From Nitrospirales bacterium (GTDB lineage: Bacteria > Nitrospirota > Nitrospiria > Nitrospirales > UBA8639): 64,000 bases of DNA. Below the pieces are notes generated by a model. That model saw only the letters and a program-made list of their open reading frames with translations, did not search any database and was not told where the DNA came from. Both the position numbers and the translations under genes were made by a program. The stretch is from contig OZ244884.1 of the NCBI GenBank assembly GCA_965221365.1, positions 773,493 to 837,492 on the forward strand. The letters are read 5' to 3'. Shown piece by piece: positions 58,585-64,000 of this stretch (within the stretch, counting starts at the first letter, position 1; every line of letters begins with the position of its first letter).

Positions 58585-58740
58585 CTTTGCTTTTTCTTTT
58601 TTCTGGATGCCGGATCAAGTCCGGCATGACGGTGGGGGATACCGGATCGGAGTCCGGCATGACGACTGCTCGCCTGTGGTCTTCTGGATGCCAGGTCGGA
58701 GTCCGGCATGACGGATTGTAGGTATCCGGCAGGACGGCAG
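58585..58740. repeat. Array 10 of the repeat family (forward orientation)
   Basis: CTTTGCTTTTTCTTTTTTCTGGATGCCGGATCAAGTCCGGCATGACGG ... CTGGATGCCAGGTCGGAGTCCGGCATGACGG. Confidence 0.85.
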
Positions 58741-58896
58741 GGCGGAGAGGGAGGCAGGACGCATGGAAGGTGGGAGCCCGTTCTCTTGCAGTCTGCCCAT
58801 GGAATAGGATAGGGTTATGACTATTCAATCCGGCTCGACTCGCGAGATCGTTTCCTTCAGCGACACCGAGCATCATCCACGATCAAGGAGGACGTC

Positions 58897-58986
58897 ATGA
58901 ATCCACTCGACTCGATCCCCGGCACGATAGCCGCAGGATTCGTACTGACCGTCGTTCTATATTTTTTCGTGAAACTGCTTGTCTAG
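58897..58986 (+). CDS. Candidate 29-aa hydrophobic micropeptide (below the track size cut-off)
   Basis: AAGGAGG lies 6 nt upstream of the ATG. Translation is MNPLDSIPGTIAAGFVLTVVLYFFVKLLV, followed by a stop. It sits 55 nt upstream of the next membrane-protein gene. Confidence 0.4.
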   Translation: MNPLDSIPGTIAAGFVLTVVLYFFVKLLV

Positions 58987-59041
58987 CACTTCTTGAACGT
59001 TTCCTGTACTTCCCTGCAATCAACCGAAAGAGGATATACAA

Positions 59042-59524
59042 ATGGAAACCTTATTAGCTTGGGGACATTTTCTGGCGGGTATCACCTGGATCGGTATTTT
59101 GTATTATTTCAATTTCATTCAAGTGCCCTTTTTGGGAAAGGTCACTCCTGAAACCAAGGCTGAAGCCTTCAAACATTTAGTCCCGAACGCCCTCTGGTGG
59201 TTCCGCTGGGGCGCGCTCGCCACGTGGCTGTTCGGGGCCCTGCTCCTGATGAACCAAGCGCGATTCGCCTCGGCATTCGCCCTGCAGGGGCAAGATGCCA
59301 TCATCGGAATGGGGGCTTGGCTCGGAACCATTATGCTTTTGAACGTCTGGGGCATTATCTGGCCCAATCAGAAAAAGGTCCTGGGGCTCAAGGAGGCCAC
59401 CGCGGACGAGAAGAAACAATCCGCCCGCATGGCCCTGTTGGCTTCGCGGACCAATACGATGCTTTCGATTCCCATGTTGTTCTTCATGGCCTCGTCCGGG
59501 CATCCATCCGCCGGGCTGTTTTAA
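59042..59524 (+). CDS. Integral membrane protein (160 aa), resembles the membrane domain of PuuD-type urate hydroxylases
   Basis: HFLAGITWIGILYYFNFIQVPF... and 4 predicted TM helices. AGAGGA lies upstream of the ATG. The functional assignment is from memory and weak. Confidence 0.7.
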   Translation: METLLAWGHFLAGITWIGILYYFNFIQVPFLGKVTPETKAEAFKHLVPNALWWFRWGALATWLFGALLLMNQARFASAFALQGQDAIIGMGAWLGTIMLLNVWGIIWPNQKKVLGLKEATADEKKQSARMALLASRTNTMLSIPMLFFMASSGHPSAGLF

Positions 59525-59540
59525 ACGGAGGAGAAGCGTT

Positions 59541-60368
59541 ATGGTGCAGTCATCCGTTGCAATGACGGGGCGTCATGCCACCCGTCTCCTTCTCCTGCTG
59601 ATGGCGGCGTCGTGGATTTTCACGACGGGGGCATGGGCAAACGACACTGAAGGCTTCTTCGCCGGGATTCGGTTCGGCCATGAACTCGCCGACGTGGAAA
59701 AGACCAAAAGCGTCTTTTACAACGCCGGGGTGCTCCCCTCCCATCCGAATGGCAGTGCCTTGGCGACCACGAATAGCGAAGGCGATGGATTCAATTCGTT
59801 CTCGGCGAACCTGGGCTATCGCCTGTTCTTGTCCGACCGGGTCTACCTTTCCGGCGAGGTCGAAGGGGCGATCTACTCCAATGCGGTGCAGGGCTTTCTT
59901 CGGGGCACGTACAGAGGAGACGCACACCCCATTCCCTCCCAGAACGTCCTGCCCGGCGCCTGGAAAGTGGAAAAGAACCACAGCCTCGGGTTCAACGCCC
60001 GCTTGGGGTACGTGCCTCAGGGCTTTGCCTTTCTGGGCGCAGGCCGCTCCATCTACCTGATTTCCGGGGTGAAGTGGCTGGATGCGACGTTTGAATCCGC
60101 CTATGATAATTTTGGCGATGGGGCTGCCGCCATTCGCGGCGTAACCCGCAAGACACGGGATGCGGTTCCCTGGCTCATCGGAGGCGGCCTGGAGTTCGGG
60201 AGCAGCACCAATCGCTTCGACGTGCGTATCCACTATTCGAATTGGAGCATGGACTACGCCAGCGGATCCGGGGCCACGGAACAGAGTGCCTATGTGCCGT
60301 ATGATTTTGAAGTCGACGAAGTCGGCGTCTCATTGGGATATACCAGATCGTTTACCCTCGGCCTGTAA
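59541..60368 (+). CDS. Putative outer-membrane beta-barrel protein
   Basis: GGAGGAG lies 7 nt upstream. Signal peptide RLLLLLMAASWIFTTGAWA, then alternating hydrophobic/aromatic strands (GYRLFLSDRVYLSGEVEG, RFDVRIHYSNW, VGVSLGYTRSF). Confidence 0.65.
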   Translation: MVQSSVAMTGRHATRLLLLLMAASWIFTTGAWANDTEGFFAGIRFGHELADVEKTKSVFYNAGVLPSHPNGSALATTNSEGDGFNSFSANLGYRLFLSDRVYLSGEVEGAIYSNAVQGFLRGTYRGDAHPIPSQNVLPGAWKVEKNHSLGFNARLGYVPQGFAFLGAGRSIYLISGVKWLDATFESAYDNFGDGAAAIRGVTRKTRDAVPWLIGGGLEFGSSTNRFDVRIHYSNWSMDYASGSGATEQSAYVPYDFEVDEVGVSLGYTRSFTLGL

Positions 60369-60528
60369 GGTCGCGTCTACGCCGATCCTGCCCCAAGAGA
60401 CGCGGGGCAGACTTCGGCCATCCGCAGAACCCGCGGCGTCGCATCGAGGTTGAGCAACGATGAGCCGAGCCGGGCCGTGATTGTGGGCGCCGGTTCATTC
60501 CGTCATAATTTTCACGAAAGAGGAGACC

Positions 60529-60957
60529 ATGAGCAAGACTCTCAAGGGCACCCAGAGCCATGATAATCTCAAGGCCGCGTTCGCCGGGGAATCCCAGGCC
60601 AATCGCCGGTATCTGTATTTTGCACGCCGGGCCGATATCGAAGGGTACACGGACATCGGCGGCCTGTTCCGCGACACGTCCGAAGCCGAAACCGGCCATG
60701 CCTTCGGTCATCTGGATTTTCTGAAGGAAGTCGGGGACCCCGCCACGGGCGAGCCCATCGGGAACACCGAATCGAATCTCAAGGCCGCCATCGAAGGCGA
60801 AACCTACGAGTACACGCAAATGTATCCGGGTATGGCCAAAACCGCTCGGGAAGAAGGCTTCGAAGAGCTGGCGGAATGGTTCGAGACCCTGGCCAAGGCG
60901 GAACGCTCCCACGCCAACCGCTTCACCAAAGGGCTGGAGTCTCTCAGCAACGCGTAA
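60529..60957 (+). CDS. Rubrerythrin-family diiron protein without rubredoxin domain (erythrin-like)
   Basis: Four-helix ExxH pattern: [44 protein letters not shown] 60529 is preceded by AGAGGAG. The track start (60481) is less likely. Confidence 0.85.
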   Translation: MSKTLKGTQSHDNLKAAFAGESQANRRYLYFARRADIEGYTDIGGLFRDTSEAETGHAFGHLDFLKEVGDPATGEPIGNTESNLKAAIEGETYEYTQMYPGMAKTAREEGFEELAEWFETLAKAERSHANRFTKGLESLSNA

Positions 60958-60972
60958 TCCCTGCTACACCCC

Positions 60973-62304
60973 ATGGAGCGGAGTCGCCGTGTTCCACGAC
61001 TCCGCCTCGCGTGGGTTCCCAGAGCTTCGTTGAAAAACCTTCACCTCATTTCCCCTGACTGGACGCGGGACGATCTCGTCCAGGAGACGAATCGCGTGTT
61101 CGACGTCTGCGACGGCTGTCGTCGATGCTTCAACCTCTGTCCTTCCTTCAACACGCTGCTGGACCGGATCGACGAGTACGAGAGCGACGTCTCCCGCATG
61201 GCCGCCGCGGATTATGAACGGGTCGAACGGGAATGCTACTACTGCAAGCTCTGTTACAACCACTGCCCGTACACGCCGCCCCATGACTACCAAATCGATT
61301 TCCCGCGTCTCATGGCCGCGTGGAAAAAGCAACGGGTCCGGGAACAGGGGGCATCCTGGCGCGATCGCCTGCTGATCAAAACGGACCTGATCGGAAGAAT
61401 GGGAGGCCTGACCGCCTCGCTGACCAATTGGGCACTCTCGACGCCGTGGATCCGGACCCTGCTGGAAACGATGATCGGCCTGCACCGGGATCGGCACGTG
61501 CTCGCCTTTTCCCGGGAAAGCTTTCCCGCGTGGTGGCACAAACGCGGCCCTGCCCTGCACCCCGCGGGTGCCACACACAAGGTCGTGCTGTTCCCGAGTT
61601 GCATGGTGAACTATCAGGCCACCGACGTCGGGAAAGCCACGGTGCAGGTGCTGGCCAAGAACCACGTGGAGGTCGTCGTACCCGAGGGGCAACGCTGTTG
61701 CAGCATGCCGTCCTTCGATCTCGGGGATACCGAGACCATGGTGCAGACCGCCATGCACCACGTCCGCCTGTTTCTGCCGTATCTGGACCAGGGGTATGAC
61801 CTGGTCGTCCCGACCCCCAGTTGCAGCCTCATGTTCAAACGGGAATATCCGTATCTGCTGCCAACGCCCGAGGTGACGAGGCTGGCCGAACGCACGTTCG
61901 ACGTCTGTGAATACCTGATGCGGCTCAACAAAGAGGGGGCCTTGTCAACGGATTTCAGGTCCGTGCCGCAACGCATTGCGTATCAGGTGCCCTGTCATCT
62001 GCGTGATCAGAACATCGGCTTCAAATCCAAGGAGCTCCTGGAACTCACGGGCGCCCGGGTCGAGGTGATTGAAAAATGTTCCGGCCACGATGGGTCCTGG
62101 GGCGCCAAGGTCGAATTTTTCGAACGTTCCATGAAGATCGCTCAAAAGGCCGTCCGCGCCGTTTCCGATTGCGAACCCGACCTGGTGGCGTCGGATTGTC
62201 CGCTTTCGGCGCTGCAACTCGATCAGGCCGGGGCCACGCATTCGACCAACAGGACCCGACATCCCATACAGATCATTCGCGACGCGTACAACCTGCCCTC
62301 ATGA
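60973..62304 (+). CDS. Fe-S oxidoreductase with two 4Fe-4S motifs and CCG domains (HdrD/GlpC-like)
   Basis: [12 protein letters not shown] and [12 protein letters not shown], followed by CCSMP / PSCSLM / VPCHLRD cysteine-rich CCG-type motifs. A 9-bp hairpin (GCGGAGTCG..CGACTCCGC) lies in the first codons, so the start is not certain. Confidence 0.8.
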   Translation: MERSRRVPRLRLAWVPRASLKNLHLISPDWTRDDLVQETNRVFDVCDGCRRCFNLCPSFNTLLDRIDEYESDVSRMAAADYERVERECYYCKLCYNHCPYTPPHDYQIDFPRLMAAWKKQRVREQGASWRDRLLIKTDLIGRMGGLTASLTNWALSTPWIRTLLETMIGLHRDRHVLAFSRESFPAWWHKRGPALHPAGATHKVVLFPSCMVNYQATDVGKATVQVLAKNHVEVVVPEGQRCCSMPSFDLGDTETMVQTAMHHVRLFLPYLDQGYDLVVPTPSCSLMFKREYPYLLPTPEVTRLAERTFDVCEYLMRLNKEGALSTDFRSVPQRIAYQVPCHLRDQNIGFKSKELLELTGARVEVIEKCSGHDGSWGAKVEFFERSMKIAQKAVRAVSDCEPDLVASDCPLSALQLDQAGATHSTNRTRHPIQIIRDAYNLPS

Positions 62305-62885
62305 CCCCTTTGACTCAAGCCGATCTCCTCTCTCACGCCGACTATGAGGCGCAACGTCAGACGTTGCGGCAGGAGATTATCGCCCTCAAGAAACGACGCC
62401 GGATTGCCGTGGGGCCCCTGGTCACGCTGATCTTCGAGAATCGACGGACGATTCTCTTTCAGATTCAGGAAATGCTTCGGGTCGAACGCATCTTCGACCC
62501 GGTGAAAATCCAGGATGAACTCGACGTGTACAATGCTCTGCTTCCCCGAACGAGCGAACTCAGTGCTACCGTGATGATTGAAATTACAACACAGGAACGC
62601 ATCCGGGAGATTCTGGATTCCTTTCAGCATTTCGATCGATCAGACACGTTGGCGCTCACCGTCCGGGACCAGGTCGCGTTTGCCGACTTCGAGGCCGGCC
62701 ACAGCAAGGAGGACAAAATCAGTGCGGTCCATTTTGTCCGCTTTCCGGTTCCTGCATCTTTTCGGCACGCGCTTGGAGAGGACGGCGCACCAGCCGGCAT
62801 TCGGATTACCCATGAGCACTACCGGGCTGAGGCGAACGTCCCATCGGCCCTGCGGGAAGAATGGCTGAAGGACCTGGACGCCTGA
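62301..62885 (+). CDS. DUF3501-like protein (194 aa)
   Basis: ATG 62301 overlaps the Fe-S gene stop (ATGA). The track ORF starts earlier (62076), inside the upstream gene. The family assignment is from memory of the conserved Fe-S protein/DUF3501 pairing. Confidence 0.65.
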   Translation: MTPLTQADLLSHADYEAQRQTLRQEIIALKKRRRIAVGPLVTLIFENRRTILFQIQEMLRVERIFDPVKIQDELDVYNALLPRTSELSATVMIEITTQERIREILDSFQHFDRSDTLALTVRDQVAFADFEAGHSKEDKISAVHFVRFPVPASFRHALGEDGAPAGIRITHEHYRAEANVPSALREEWLKDLDA

Positions 62886-62915
62886 GTATTTTTTCAGAAT
62901 TTTTTCTTCGACAAA

Positions 62916-62944
62916 TTGACAACCACCGGGAGGGTGGTTATGAT
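62916..62944 (+). promoter_or_regulatory. Near-consensus sigma70 promoter upstream of the IscA/ErpA-like gene
   Basis: TTGACA (62916-62921), 17-nt spacer ACCACCGGGAGGGTGGT (itself an inverted repeat), TATGAT (62939-62944). A T-rich tract lies upstream. Confidence 0.55.
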
Positions 62945-63016
62945 TAATCTTCAGCAACGTTCTGGATCGTCCGGAGGCGTCTAACCTATTCATCTTATAT
63001 GTGAGCGGAGGGATTT

Positions 63017-63340
63017 ATGGTTACGATCACCCCAATGGCCGAAGAAAAGATCAAAGAGCTGATCCACGATGAAGAAGAAGACGTGATCGGATTGCGGATC
63101 TACGTCAAAGGCGGCGGGTGCAGCGGCTATCAATACGGGATGTCCTTTGAATCCAAGATGGATGATGATGACACGGTGATTGAAAAAGGCAACGTCAAAG
63201 TCATCGTCGATTCGCAAAGCGCTCCCATGCTGAACGGCGCGGAAGTCGATTACGTCGACAGCCTGCAAGGCTCCGGGTTTGCGATCAAGAACCCGCAAGC
63301 CAAAAGCACGTGCGGATGCGGTAGTTCTTTCAGCACTTGA
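63017..63340 (+). CDS. HesB/IscA/ErpA-family Fe-S cluster insertion protein
   Basis: LRIYVKGGGCSGYQYG ... CGCGSSF carries the three conserved cysteines. GGAGGG lies upstream of the ATG. Confidence 0.9.
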   Translation: MVTITPMAEEKIKELIHDEEEDVIGLRIYVKGGGCSGYQYGMSFESKMDDDDTVIEKGNVKVIVDSQSAPMLNGAEVDYVDSLQGSGFAIKNPQAKSTCGCGSSFST

Positions 63341-63360
63341 TCCCCGCGCATTCGACCTCG

Positions 63361-63407
63361 AAAAGGCCAGGCGTTCCACCCGTAAGGGCAAGAACCCTGG
63401 CCTTTTT
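63361..63407 (+). terminator. Rho-independent-type terminator hairpin after the IscA-like gene
   Basis: AAAA-GGCCAGG (63365-63371) ... CCTGGCC (63396-63402) -TTTTT (63403-63407). The 24-nt interior can extend the stem (TTC/GAA, CCC/GGG). Confidence 0.6.
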
Positions 63408-63430
63408 CGTTACAGCGCCGATCATCGAGC

Positions 63431-64000
63431 ATGACGCGATCCACCCTCACGAAGCGAATCGAGTTTTCCGCGTCCCATCGGTACTTCCGAACGGAATGGG
63501 ACGAGGCGCACAATCAGCGGGTTTTTGGCCCTTGTAGCCAGGAACATGGGCACAATTATCTCCTCGAAGTGACCCTGGACGGCCGAGTCGATCCCGTCAC
63601 GGGCATGATCATCAATTTGTACGACCTGAAACACATCGTCACGGACGTGCTCGAAGAGTTCGACCATAAACACCTCAACCTCGATACCCCCTACTTTGAC
63701 CGGCTGGTCCCCACCACTGAAAATCTTGCCCTGGTGCTGTGGAGGAAATTCCGCGCGCGCCCCGAGACCCGGGAAGTCAAATCGATCCGGATTTGCGAAG
63801 GTGACGACCTGTGGGCCGAACTTCATTCGCCGAACCACCCGACGTCATGGGACGATGAGGAACCGACCGAAGCCCTGCTGACCCGCCGGTATGTTCTGCC
63901 GGTCCCCCTCCACGCGGCGTCTTCCCACGTGGACACGTGGCTCCGTTCCTTGGACGTCACGGTGGAAGGCCCGATCGACCCCATCACGGGTCGCGTCACG
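63431..64000 (+). CDS. 6-pyruvoyl-tetrahydropterin synthase / QueD-family protein, apparently tandem-domain (partial, runs off right edge)
   Basis: It is absent from the track because it is edge-truncated. Hand translation: MTRSTLTKRIEFSASHRYFRTEWDEAHNQRVFGPCSQEHGHNYLLEVTLDGRVDPVTGMIINLYDLKHIV..FDHKHLN, with the Cys + HGH zinc motif. A second PTPS-like half begins at about 63880. No stop to 64000. Confidence 0.8.
   Translation, partial: MTRSTLTKRIEFSASHRYFRTEWDEAHNQRVFGPCSQEHGHNYLLEVTLDGRVDPVTGMIINLYDLKHIVTDVLEEFDHKHLNLDTPYFDRLVPTTENLALVLWRKFRARPETREVKSIRICEGDDLWAELHSPNHPTSWDDEEPTEALLTRRYVLPVPLHAASSHVDTWLRSLDVTVEGPIDPITGRVT

Noticed and set aside
63341-63430. preQ1 or other riboswitch upstream of the QueD/PTPS-like gene.
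   Set aside because: The only structure is a GC stem followed by a T run directly after the IscA-like gene, so it reads as a terminator. It lacks the small hairpin plus A-rich tail of preQ1-I as I remember it.
20331-63838. Long antisense ORFs opposite well-supported genes: 22611-23669, 26042-27421, 31320-32543, 35787-37592, 37741-38937, 42029-43168, 44878-46461, 55747-56889, 57691-58569, 60964-61761, 63422-63838.
   Set aside because: Each overlaps a gene whose translation carries clear family motifs, while the antisense products are R/G/P/H-rich with no motifs. This is typical of GC-rich DNA.
1-64000. rRNA, tRNA, tmRNA, transposase, integrase or prophage genes.
   Set aside because: Scanning by eye found no tRNA-like T-arm/acceptor pattern outside coding regions, no rRNA-like segments and no translations with DDE, tyrosine or serine recombinase motifs. 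A dedicated tRNAscan/Infernal run is needed to be certain.

Overview
This is a 64-kb window from a GC-rich bacterium with a Gram-negative envelope gene set (lpxC, mlaA, an OM beta-barrel). I cannot assign a taxon from the sequence alone.

(1) 1-19,964 is one uninterrupted minus-strand ORF. It is absent from the supplied ORF track because it runs off the left edge. It encodes the N-terminal >=6,654 aa of a giant secreted protein built from roughly 40 fibronectin-III-like units plus He_PIG-type Ig, cadherin-like and other beta-sandwich modules. It contains nested near-identical duplications (291 bp x6 tandem, 840 bp x2 tandem, two ~3.5-4 kb blocks). A G11 tract lies between its two candidate start codons.

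(2) 20.3-47.1 kb and 54.6-64 kb hold mostly ordinary chromosomal genes:
- rhodanese, REC + HD-GYP, trmI, NfeD/stomatin pair, TrkA-like, lpxC, POT transporter
- hyuA/hyuB, FG-GAP protein, mlaA, PQQ-type sugar dehydrogenase, M23 peptidase
- SagB-type oxidoreductase, rubrerythrin/Fe-S/DUF3501/IscA cluster, PTPS/QueD-like

(3) 47.1-54.6 kb is an accessory island wedged between the genes for the A and B subunits of a type IIA topoisomerase. It carries an orphan ParD-like antitoxin, an ABC-type AAA ATPase with a small overlapping partner and a membrane pentapeptide-repeat protein, an AbrB/PIN pair and a HigBA pair.

(4) Almost every intergenic gap between 23.5 and 58.7 kb is filled by arrays of a modular nested-palindrome repeat family (CGTCAT-hairpin-ATCCAG ... 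CTGGAT-hairpin-ATGACG). They total about 5 kb, and the largest is 1.8 kb. They also delimit the island cassettes, including a perfect 120-bp direct repeat.

I recognised no rRNA, tRNA, CRISPR array, transposase, integrase or phage genes. All family calls rest on motifs read by eye from translations, and no search or computation was possible. Repeat boundaries are approximate (about 15 bp either way). The track treats GTG/TTG as start codons (shown as M), so several starts were re-evaluated by hand.
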